This document shows, piece after piece, positions 36,195-48,000 of a stretch of 64,000 nt of DNA. This DNA is from Selaginella moellendorffii (Eukaryota; Plantae; Lycopodiophyta), in NCBI RefSeq assembly GCF_000143415.4, contig NW_003314347.1, positions 519,438-583,437 of the forward strand, read 5' to 3'. Made by a program: the position numbers and the translations under genes. How positions within the stretch are numbered: the stretch's first letter is position 1; the number at the start of each line of letters is the position of its first letter. The notes beneath the pieces are model-generated. The model was not told the DNA's origin. It searched no databases and saw nothing but the letters and a program-made list of their open reading frames with translations.

Positions 36195-36900
36195 TGATGC
36201 CTTCCTCCTCACGAGAAAACCTCACAGCTCGTTGTAATCTTTGTTGCTGCGACGTTCTTTTGCCCCAGTGTTGCTTGGAATTTGCTGCTGCCGAATTCGT
36301 ATTCATCCCCTCATGGCTACTCCTGTGATAACTTTTAGTTCTTCTTGTTCGTGTTCGCTGTTTTCTTACTTGCCAGAAAGTGCGTGAGGCTAAACTTCTG
36401 TCACTGGCTGCTGATCACGGTCCTCCAACCGAAAATGTCCAGTAGTGAGCAAAACAACACAATCTGCTTCAAAGTTGCTGAAAATTGCTGGAAATGATGA
36501 GAGCCAAGCTTCAACTCAGCATGGAACTGATGGTCTAAGTGTACAGGGACCTTACATCTTTCCATCGTTGTTCCATTTAGTTAGGATGAGGAATAGCAAC
36601 ACATATTCTCCTGTGTTTGAAAACAATGTAGCACAGCAATTACAAGGTAGTTTACTTGCATACTTACTGGCTATGGATAAGCATGAAGAGCTTATGCTGT
36701 ATTGACTCCAAAACCAAGGGCATGAGAGCTCCAATTCCTGATAAAAGAAAGGAAAATCTTAAGAAAGCCCGAGAAGAGAAAGGCCCGAGAAGAAGAGAGA
36801 AAGAAAATGTGTAGAGCTGACCATGGGTAGCAATCAACGACGGCTTTTGCCCAATCGTCTGGTTTGCTCACGCCATGTATGGAAGGATCCATGAAATTGA
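36195..36900 (-). pseudogene. Collapsed relic of a second four-domain channel paralog, head-to-head with the intact gene
   Basis: Minus-strand 36737-36668 matches channel exon 37609-37676 including the ..agcca|gtaag donor. The next exon reads EYVLLFLIL..EQRWKDVR versus EYFILFLIW..SERWTDIR. 36250-36198 reads AATKI..GFLVRRKA versus AATRI..RGFLVRRRA. Confidence 0.7.
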
Positions 36901-36999
36901 GCTTGCTCGCCGCTGGAATCCTTCTCAAATTCCGGAGTGATGAACCAAGAACCGAGAAATCTGCCTTGTGCCGTCGCTCCTCCCTCCGCCCCAGCTCAG

Positions 37000-37101
37000 A
37001 AACCCTAGGATGTGATAAACCCTAAATTTCAATAACGGTTACGCGCCATTTGTAACTGCTGTTTGAAAATCAGGGTTTTTGTTGGACAAAATGCTAGGGT
37101 T
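37000..37101. promoter_or_regulatory. Telo-box-like motifs in the short divergent promoter region
   Basis: AAACCCTA at 37000 and 37017, and TAGGGTT near 37095, upstream of the ATG at 37143. Motif match only. Confidence 0.4.
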
Positions 37102-37142
37102 ATGAGCTAGCATTTTAGGGCATCGCGTGACTCGACGACACT

Positions 37143-40100
37143 ATGGAGGGGGGTGGAATAAGGCGCAGGAGTTCCAGGCTCTCGGGGATGTTCGATGCCG
37201 CCTCCAAAGCTGTGGCTCAGCTGATTCAACGGTAAGCTACCATCCCCTTGACGTGAAAAATGCATGATTCATCCAAGTTTCTCTCTATAGCGACAATGAT
37301 CCCGAGGAGGATCCAGATTTCATAGCTAGAAACCCTCGCTGGGAAGATCGTTTGCCTCCTATTGGAGGAGCGCTCAAGCCAGAGGAAGAGAAGACTGCTG
37401 CCTTGTTAGCTGCATTGGGAGATCTTCCTCGTGCCACTGACTCCTTGCCCAGGAAGAACTGGAAAAAAGCTTACAAAGCAGTCAAGCGAATGCTGGTACT
37501 TCAAACTTTCTCTCAGTTTTTTTTTCACCTTTTTCTAGCTTTATTTTCTAGGTGGTAAGAAGAAAGGCAAGACGCAGTGCTATAGGGACTGGAGCTCGAC
37601 TAGATGGTCATGCTCTTGGGTTTTGGAGTCCCTACAGTACTACTCGGCTGAGGCTCTTCATGTTTCTCTATAGCCAGTAAGCCTCTCATTAGCTTTTTCA
37701 TTTCTTATCCTTGCATTGTCTTGCAGGAAAGTAGAGTATTTTATTCTGTTTCTCATCTGGGCTCACCTCATAGTGTTCATTTTCCAAGTAAAAATTGGCA
37801 ACAGATCAGAACGCTGGACTGATATAAGGAATTTCAAGCTTGACTTTTTGGACGGTTTAATCACAGCACTAAGCACGTATGTTTTTCCGTAATTGATAAG
37901 TTTCGGCTTGAAAGATCTCTTTGGATGCAGGCTGGAAGTGATTCTAAAGGTTTTTGTCCTAGGCCTCTACAAGAAACGTCATTGCTACCTTCGCAACCCA
38001 TACAACCGGCTCGATTTTGCTATGGTCATTGATTCCTGGTACGATGCAACATGTTACTTGTTTCATGTGCATGTATGATGCTGTATGAGCTACAGGATAC
38101 ATATTATTGTTAGAGGCATAACTGGAAGTGATTTTTTTGCACGGTTGGCAGTCTTGCGTGCCTTTCGCGGCCTGCTCGCTTTGAAGCACATCACCTTTTT
38201 TGCCGATGTCATTGTATGCTGTCCCTCTGCTTTCATTTCCTCATTGATAACGTTTCATCCTTGGCAGGCTATCATGGCGGCGGTGAAACGAAGCGTTCGT
38301 CCGCTTGAAAATGTCATCCTGCTTACTTTTTTCTGGCTGGTTTTCTATGCGCTTCTTGGGACGCAATTCTTGCAAAAGACAATGTTAAACCGGTACTTGA
38401 TTGGTTACAGTAACTCTTATTGAATTCCGATATGCGCAGGTGTTTGCGGAAAACGGACAAGAAAGAAGCCTACCCAGAACGTTTCTGTGACAAGAAGGTT
38501 CTCGATGCGTACATATGCCCTTCCAATCAGAAGTGTACGGTGAGGCATTCCACCTTTAGAGTGTTTGGGTGTTCGTGACGTTACGTTTGCAGTTGCATGG
38601 AAATCCGAACTATGGACAAACAAGCTTCGACTATCTCTGGTATTCCCTGATCAGTATGTTTCAGGTATGAGCTCTGCTATGGCATATCTTTGTTTTGATG
38701 CACCTTCGGACCGTTTAGATTGTGTCGCTGGAAGGATGGGCACTTATAATGTATCATGTAAAGGATTCTCAGGGGGAACGAGCAAGTAGGTCTTTATAAA
38801 TTCTACTTGTGCTAAAGCTCGCCCGTGCAGATTCCTACTTCATGAGCTTGGTGGTAATCGGTGCATATTTTCTTGTCAATGTGTTCATAGCTGGAATAAG
38901 TGGAGTATTTCTCCGTGTTCGAGCAGAACACCAGGCATGAAGTCTTCTTTTTTTCACTTTTGAAGATCAAAAGGTGGTTCATTTCTTTGCAGGCGTTGCT
39001 AAAAAAAAGCCGTCAAGCCCAGACTTCCTTTTACAATGCAACAATAATGGCCAACATCCTGAGGGACGACATCATACGTGACGATGCCAGTATGAGATGG
39101 CATATGCGGCTGTGGAACAAATCAAAGAAAGTGCAACGGAATGTTGTTCGGGCATTTAGTCGCACGCAGTCGTCTATGAGAGACGCGTTCCGGTCTAGCT
39201 CATTGAGGCTAAGCAGGGCTGGCTCGATGACTTACAACCGCTCATTGAGTCGAAGTATGTCCATGGGAGCCAGAGCAGCTTTATCACTATCCGATCAGTG
39301 CCGCGCGATTGCGGAACGTCCTAGTTTCGACTGGGGCGTGCTATTGGCCGTGACTGTCAACGCTATCGTCCTGTGTTTATACAAGTACGGCATGTCCAAG
39401 GAACTATTGTACACGCTCTGTATCCACACTATTCGTTTTTCTTTTTCATCATCGTTTGCTTGACTTAACTCCAGCGCAGATGGTATTCAAGCTGTTCTCC
39501 TCGTGGTTTTCTCAGGAGAGCTTTTACTGAGGTTTCTTGCTTACGGTCCAGGCTCGTTCATATCCGACAGTAAGCAATTTTTGCTCCTTTCTAAGCTTTA
39601 TCTTCGCATTGCTTGTAGGGATGAACCTACTAGATTTCTTTGTTGTTGTGGTCTCTGCTGGAGCTTTGGTCTCGCGCAAGTATCCAAACATCTCTGCTGT
39701 TCGAGTTTTGCGATGGTTCTACTTGTCAAAAAAACACGTCGACAGGAACCCCTCTGTTGTGGTAAGTCTTTGTGTTTCATTGAAAGGAATGTGGACGGTA
39801 GTTATGTTTGCAGGCTACCTGTATGAAAAGTGTTGGCTCGCTTGTCAGTGTGTTCTTCTTTTATATGCTCGTTATTGTGGTATTTTCCATATTAAGCATG
39901 GAGCTCTACAGTGGCCAGTATTACAAGTTTTCGGACGGGTATCCTCGTGGAAACCACGATAATATGCTTCAAACTATGCTTCTCTGGTTCTCGGTAACTA
40001 CTGCCGAGTCCTGGCCAAATCAACTGTGGAATTCGATGAGACCGGGAGTAGAGTACAAGTAAGCTCTTCTTTGTTATCAACAAAGAGGTTGACCCATGGT

Positions 40101-43100
40101 TTTGCAGCGGAGTGGCTCCTTTCCTGTATATATTCTATTTTGTTTTGACAGCTTTTATCATTATGAACCTTATTATCGCTGTTTTACTAGAGCGGAACGA
40201 GCTTACTGACAACGAGAAAAAGCAGATTCAACGGGTACTACTTAAGCTTGAGTCGCTGACAGATAATTCATTTCTCTTTCCCACAGACGGACCACATACG
40301 ACTGCTCAAGCGCATGCAAAGCAGAGCGTACGTAAGAAGCGGAAGCTGGATGGTTGGCGCTGTCGAGGGAATGAAGTCAAGCTTTGGAAGTTTTGCGCAC
40401 CGTGTCCTCGGCATGAACGTCAGGCCAGTGAAAACTCACAAGGAATCTCAACAGGACAAACGCCGGGACCGCGACGCGGACCACGACCGAGACCGGGACC
40501 GCGATGATCGCGCTCGAGACAGAGGCTACGACCTCCCTGGAACAGTTTCTGGGGAAACAGAAGGGGGCGGACAAACCTTAGAGGCCGTGTCGACTACAGG
40601 TGCAGAGGAAAGCACCTCCACCTCAACGACAGGAGGAGAAAGAAGAGGCAGTAGGAACTCTCAGATATTACAGGCTACCGGATTTCCACCAGACATTGGG
40701 GAAAAGCGAGGCTCAAGGACTGCACTGGAAGATGCTGTTCTCACGCTCGCGGACATTACGAAGCCTCCTTCGTTTAAGTCTACCAGCATGCTCATGAGAA
40801 GTCTGAGCAGAAGCAGTAGCAAGAGGGAGTCATTTCAGCTGTCCGACTACGAACTACTTGAGAAGGATTTTACCAGAATTGAAAGGCCATGGTACCTGCA
40901 TGAAGGTTCGCTTTTGATTTTTGGAGAGAACAGCAGCCTCAGAAAACTTTCGAGAAAAATAGTCGAGCATAAGTGGTGGCGCTGGTTTTCTCTTGGCTGG
41001 GTTGCCTTGAGTACCTGGATTGTTATTGAGATGCGATCGACTGGAGAGCCAGTCTTTGCCGACCTTGCCATGAAGATTCTTCACAAGCTCGTGTTCGCGG
41101 TCGGTAAAGCCTTCGTTTCTCCTGTCCATGGTTTAACATTCTGAGTTTTACAGTTTTTTATGGTGGAGTTTCTGCTGAAAGTAATCTCTTATGGTTTAAT
41201 GTTTTCGCCTGACGCGGTGCTCAACGATCCTTACAATATCTTGGATATCTTTCTACTTATCATCGACGGACTTAATCTATCGAGCTGGAGTGGGAGTGAG
41301 AGGTCTAGACGAGCAATACATGCTTTAACTGCACTCCGACCATTTCGGTTTATCTCTCGGGCTGCAAAGCTGAGGACCCTGTTGACGAACCTCATCAAAA
41401 CCATTCCGGCTATAGTTGCTGTTCTGCTATTCACCTTCCTCATCTTCGTGATTTTTGGATCCATAGGAATACAGTTGTTTCGAGGCCTTCTCTATTCGTG
41501 CAACGATTCCAGTATAACTCATCGAGCCTATTGCACTGGTCACTATTACAACAACGTTGGCCTCTACTCTCCACGGGCGTGGAGAAATCCCACGTTCCAC
41601 TTTGACGACATTGGCAACGCTTTCCTCTCGTTATTCGTTTGCTCCACTTTCGACAACTGGGTGACGAACTGGCTGTACCCCGTAATGGATATTGTTGGTC
41701 AGGACAAGCAGCCGCAACGGGATAGCAGTCCGGCTCATGCCCTTTTCTTTGTGGCCTTTTGCATATGTGGGGGATTTTTCATAGTCCGGGTGTTTATCGG
41801 AGTATTCATCAACGAGTTTGGCAAGAACTCCGGGGCCTTGCTTCTGACCGAGAGGCAGAAGCTGTGGCGGGACATGAATCGAATTATCCAGAAGACGAAG
41901 CCAGCAGCATTGCCGCGACCTCCAAAGAATTTCATCAGGAAGTTCTGTTTCTATGCCATCCGAAATCGTACGTACCAGAAGATCATGATCATTTGCCTCC
42001 TGGGATACTCTGGACTTTTGGCCACGAACTATGCTGGCCAGCCGCCATATGTTTCCACACGCCGCCAGAAAGCTCACGTCGCTCTTACGACATATTTCTT
42101 GTTGGAGGCTCTGACGAAGTTTTTAGGCGACGAGGTATGTGTGGGAGCGTTTCCCCTGAATTCTAACTCCTTTTCTTTTCTTTTTTGTGCAGTTTAGAGT
42201 TTACAAAAAAGAGTATTCAAGGCACATCGAGGCACTGATATCTATTATAGCGGCGTCGGGCTTGATGGGAGTAAAGGGAACACCGAGGGGTTATCTTGGT
42301 CGCTTTGGCTACATAACTCGGGTCTTTTGCATCATTCCTCACGTACCGAGAGCGCGGGTGATTATCAGAACCATATTCATATGTTTGCCAACAATGGGAG
42401 AGATCATGGCTCTTCTCGCTATTTTCCTGTTTGCGTTTGCGGGTGTTGGCTTCCAGATGTTTAGTCACGTCAAGGACGGGAACTGCATTGGCCCCGTGCT
42501 CAACTTTCGGACATTCGTCAATTCTTTCATTACCGTCTTTCAGGTAAGTTTCTTGCTTTCTGGCTCTTCCATCCCTCACTTCTCCGTTTTCTTCGTTTTT
42601 TTTTTTCCCACAGGTTTCAACACTGGACAACTGGTCTTGCATTATGGGTGACGTGATGGTCGGCTCACCCCTATGTTCCAAGAGTAGCCATTTGACGGCG
42701 AACGACTGTGGCTTCCCCTTTGCTGGGGTGATATACTTCGTGCTGTTGGTCCTGGTCGCAAGCTTTATCTTCATGAACTTGTTTGTAGCTGTTATTCTCG
42801 ACGCCATCACGTTTGGATTGGTGAACGAGAATTCGATGGTCACGCCTACACACCTTCTCGGCTTCAAAGCTCTATGGGCTCACTATGATCCCCAGTAAGC
42901 AAAGCTCTTTCATAGTTTTAGGCTCGAACCATTTCTCTGGTTGGCAGTGCTACGGGATACATTGGAATGCACAAGCTACGGAGATTTGTGGATGCGCTGG
43001 GTATCCCCTTGGGACGTCGGCATAATGCCACTGTGGAATGGTATGAAGCTTGTTTTGGTGGGTTTGCTCGATGATAACCTTTTTGTTGTCCAGGATTATG

Positions 43101-43494
43101 AGGATCGAGTTCGAGGTCCTGAGCTTTCGAGTCCCAAACAAAGGCATTCCTTTCAAGCAGCTGCTCGAAACTCTGACGCTCTACAAGATTGGACCCACAG
43201 TTAAGCAGCTCACGAGCGTTCTTTTTTGTTTCTTGAGAAGAGTTTCTCTTTCTATGCGCACAGGGTCTGCCGCTAACTCTTCGGATCGAACGAGAGAAAC
43301 GGATTCACGACATTTACCTGCGGGGAGCGGCCACAAGGATTGAAGCTCTAGTGCGGGGATTTCTAGTGAGGAGAAGAGCCGCGCGAGCGAGAGGAGAGGA
43401 GATTGGAGCGAAGCCCAGGAGCGATGAAACCAAGAAACCAGACGAAGGCGGCGGCGTCAGGAGCGGCCCAATGCTTGTAGAGGGTCTCGAGTAG
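37143..43494 (+). CDS. Four-domain (4x6TM) voltage-gated-type Ca2+/cation channel alpha subunit, multi-exon
   Basis: Four S1-S6 repeats. Pore loops SLEGW (E at 38731), TAESW (40006), TFDNW (41652) and TLDNW (42626). S6 segments FLVNVFIAGI, IIMNLIIAVL, FIVRVFIGVF and IFMNLFVAVI. EF-hand-like FKALWAHYDP..TGYI, IQ-like AATRIEALVRGFLVRRR, and TAG at 43492. The GT-AG junctions I checked keep the frame. Confidence 0.9.
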
Positions 43495-45099
43495 CAAATT
43501 TTTTTGTAAATAGCATATTCTAGGAATCGAACGTCGGCATGTTCGAAGAAACCTAAGATTTATGTAAGGTTTTGGAGTACGCTAGTTTCCTCGTGTAAAT
43601 CTCTACCTTGCATCTTTGAAGCAGAAGATTTCCTGCTGGAGGATGTCTTGGAATCTGAGAGCACGACGTGGTCGAAGTCCAAGACACGGCAACTCCGACG
43701 ACCACAAGCATTGATTCTCAAATGCAGAACGAGGAAGAGCACTCTGGTGTCGTCGTGATCTGAGCTTGATCAGTTGGAAATAAAACTGGCTGTGGACTTC
43801 GCAGAGTAAGGAAATGATCCTTAACGTTTGCTTAACCACAAACTGTTTTCATACAGTTGGAAGAACTACGCGATTGATTTCCACTGCTGGACTGGGTGTC
43901 AAGTTCCTCCCGTTTGCCTCCAAGCCTGGAACAAGACGACATGGTGTTACGGCTACCTTGAAATTGATGAGATTGAGAATGGAGAGATTTCCACTATCCA
44001 GTGGGCAAAATGTTTATCAACCAAGTATTAAGAAGGTTGGCGGTCGCAGCTTCGTTGATCTGATTAATATGTATGCAGCCAGACGCGTTGCCAAGTTTTG
44101 TTGGTGGCGAGGAGAGGTTCTACGAGGAGTGCTGAAAGCTGAATGGAAGCCTAGTCACGTATGTTTATTTGACTTCGTGTTCTCTTATGCTTGGCCAGGT
44201 TTACAAGGTGTATCATCAGAGAAAACAAGCTTGTCGACGGATCTCCAAAGCCCAAGAAATATCTAAAATTGTCGAAGATGTGCTAAAGGTGGCGTGGGAT
44301 TCCCCTCGCAAAGTGTTGGACTAGGCTATTGATGGGCTCTACTGGATTGAAAGGGAGATCCAGATCAGTATGCGGCATGGTGCTCTGCAGCACCACTAAT
44401 GGTGCTGCAGGGGAAAGTCGAGAACCATAGGCTTCCATGTAGTGTCATGAAGAGCGGGTATAGTCCTGGCCGACGTGCTGATTGATGGTAAAAATAGCAA
44501 CAATTGCGGCATGCATTGTTGCCATTCTAACTTAGATCCAAGGGAAAACTGCAGAGGAGTGGATGAAGGAGCAGCCGGAGCCACATTTCGTCGAAAACGT
44601 GACTGCAAGGTATGCAACTAGATCATCACTCCTGGTCGGTTGTTGACTTTGTGCTGCTGGTGTTTGTTCCTTCAGCTACCATACACCCTGTGAAGTGGAA
44701 TGGTTCCGAGCTATCTGGCTGGATGTCGAGAGAGGCTGGAGAAGATTGTCTCACCCGATATGAAAATCCTTGCCTGCATGGACGAGGCAGCATCAAGAGG
44801 TGGCCGGTTCATTCTTCTGCATTCCGCGTGATTTGACGGTGGTTTGGTGTTAGAGGTAGAGATGATGTGCACGTGGCAGTAGTTTCAATGTATATGTACC
44901 CATCCATATACAGTTGATATACACAGAGTTCTTCTTCCTCATGTGTGCGTCTCTCCGCTGCTTTAATTTGGATACGGTAGGAAAGCTTGGCCTTGTCTCC
45001 CTGCAACGAATGTACAATTGTATAACCATTCTAACTATTTCAAATCGGCGGTAGAAGAATGGATTGCAAGCTTACTAATTACAAATTAAATATTCGTCA

Positions 45100-48000
45100 C
45101 TAATAATATTGCTTCTCCTCGCAATGCAACAGTGCCAAAACTGCGCTTACCACATGTTTCCCTTCTCTATGTATATCAAATCTTGGATCCTTGATTTTTC
45201 TCGTGAGCAAGTCATCTAGCTGCGACCGCAATGCCTGGACACGCAAAAGCTGTTAAAAAGAAGCTCTTACAAGGATAGCAACTTACATTTACAAGCTCCA
45301 TGGTCTTGGCAGACGCTGTGAATTGTAGATAGCCATCGAGCATCTCCACACCTTTGCCGTTTGAGACGAGCGGCCCTCCAAACATGAGAAGAGCATAGTC
45401 GGAAATGTTGGTGGTGTCCCGAAGGTAGATCCCGGTTGTCTTCACCTTCTCGCTGTAGACGAGCCATGGCTGTGCAAACTGGCCGACTCGACTGTTGACA
45501 GAGGCCGGATGAGGCTCGACTTTGCCATCGTCCTTTGTGAAAAACGCTGTTCGCCTTCCCCTTGCTTTGCATTGCACGACGTTTGGGTATAAACCAGCGC
45601 ACAAAACCGCACGAACCATTTCCAGATCGTCACTGTGCTTGTTGTAAGCCTGGACGAGAAAAGCATCGTAAGTTGGAGACAGACATTGCAAAGTAATCTC
45701 TACCGCATAGTTTGCTGAGTTTGACGAGTTATCGACGAAGCCAATCTTAGAAAGATGGTCGTAAAACTGTTCTCTCGCACCGTCCATCCATTGTAGAGTC
45801 TGTGCAGATAAAAAATTCTCCCAGCAATAATTGCGTTCGCGTCCATGTCGCTTGGCAACTATATAACCTTCATATGCCCTCATTAGAGCTAAGTGGTCAC
45901 TGCTTATCAAAATCATAAAAAGAACCCCATGAAAATCAAGGCTTGACTGAATAGAAAAGTACCTTCTCGCGTTTCCTGCGAGCCTTCGTTTCGCTTCATC
46001 AGCAGCATCTCTCTTATCGATCGGAATAACAAAAGGATCCCGGTGAGCCAAGGCTGCCGCAATCGTTAGCGCTGGATCTAGACACTGAAATATGGCTCCC
46101 ATCAGCAGCATTTTGCCAACCTTTGGATCTAGCGGCAATGTCGCAAGGTGTCGACCTGCAACCAGAGTTAGCTCATATATCTTAGAGACCACGGCTTGAA
46201 TCGTACCAAGAGACGTCAGCTCCTCACGATCGTCCAAGGCACCGATCGTCTTTAAAGACTCAATAGCATTATCCACAGCACGGAGCTCTGGAGGCTCCAG
46301 AGCTTTAGATAAGAACTTCGCTATACTTCCGACCTGTAGGCTCTTTATCTGCAGACAAAGAGATTCCAGGGGTGTTCGCAGGATTTCTGGAAGTTGATAC
46401 TGTGCCATAGCATCGTACATCAGCTTCGGGTAGAGATGAAAACAAATTCCAGGTTGCACCCTTCCGGCTCGTCCTCTTCTCTGGCAAATAAAAGCAAGAA
46501 AATGTGCTAGAAATCCTTCAGCTAAGAACCAAGGACGTAAATTCAGACCTGATGAGCAGCAGCCCTGGATATCCAGGATGGAAGAAGGCACGCCAGCTTG
46601 TTAAGAGCATCATAGCTAGTTTCCTTAGCTTTCCCACAGTCGATAACATACACAACGTCATCAATAGTTATGCTAGTTTCTGCAATATTCGTCGCTAAGA
46701 CAATTTTTCTGCATTGAAAGCAGAAAGTTAGAAATCAAACGATCGGCCGGAAGCATTACCTTACACCAGGTGGAGGGCGCTGAAATATTTGCCTTTGATT
46801 AATTGTAGGCATGGATCCATGCAGAGGAAGCAGCAGTTCATTTCTTACGGATGGATTGAGTTTCAGCTTGTCCAAAAGCTTGGAAATGTCATCCCAACCT
46901 GTTAAGAATACCAGAATAGCACCATCGTTCTTCTCTTCGCAAATGTGTTGAATTGCTGCCTCCACCTTCACAATCGGATTTAAGAAATTTCAAGGGAAAG
47001 AATACTGGAAAATCCATACCAGGTCAAGGTCTATGATTTCTGGATTCCAGCACTCCAAATACTTCCTTGTTGACTTGGAAAATTGCTTGTATGTATCTTG
47101 GATGGCCACTTCCTGTCGATACAGTTGAGAAAATTCAGTCGGGGCAATAAGTTGGAGTACCTCAAAAAGTTCAGTCAGAGAATCCTTTTGTTTCTCAATT
47201 CGTCTTCCTCCAGAAAACCGAGAACTTGCTTGGTTATTTTGTGATTGGAATCCAGTACTTTCCACAACATCTTCCAGGAAAAATTCTCGAACGGGAAAGG
47301 TAAAACCCTGGCAATTCGAACACGTTTAGCTACACACGCAGGAAAAAGAAAGTGCTAACCGGAATGTGCAGCTTCGGTGCATTGCCAAAATATTTGGAGA
47401 ACATATCGGCATTGATAGTTGCGCTCATGAGAATGAGACGTAGCTTAGGCCTCTTCGGTAGAAGGTCTCGTAGAACAACCAGCAGGAAGTCTTCGTTCAT
47501 TCCACGCTCGTGTATTTCATCGACTATCACATGACTGACGCCCTCTAGCAGCGGATCTTGAACCTGCAAAACAGTTTGTAAGAATCGCTAAAGCGTAATC
47601 ATGGAATACAGTATACCAGACGTCTCAAAAGCACACCAGTCGTGCAAAAGAGTAGCCTCGTCTCTTGCGAACGCCTGGCCTCCAGTCGGATTTGATAGCC
47701 AACACTTTCACCAAGCTCGTCTCCCCGTTCATCAGCAACGCGAGTAGCAACTGATATAGCGGAAATTCTTCGAGGTTGTGTACAAATTATGTCACAAGCC
47801 GCGCCTCGTCCTGCATTTATCTCTTCTTCGAGAATAAACTGTGGCAACTGCGTGGTTTTCCCGCATCCTGTTTCTCCGGAGACTACTAGCACCTTTCCGC
47901 AAAGAGTTTCACTCCATCCTTCCTTGCATCATAAATATTAAAATTTACCTGATTTTGAGAAACCGCTTGCAGGACCTCATCTTTCATTTTAAAAGCAGGA

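Noticed and set aside
37030-37070. Cell-cycle-type motifs (AACGG, CGCGCC, TTTGAA) upstream of the channel
   Set aside because: Short motifs expected by chance, with no conservation evidence available.
37143-43494. Two adjacent TPC1 (two-pore channel) genes
   Set aside because: The reading frame continues through the II-III linker. No EF-hand pair was seen between domains I and II, the pore motifs are Cav-like rather than TPC-like, and there is a single C-terminal EF/IQ tail.
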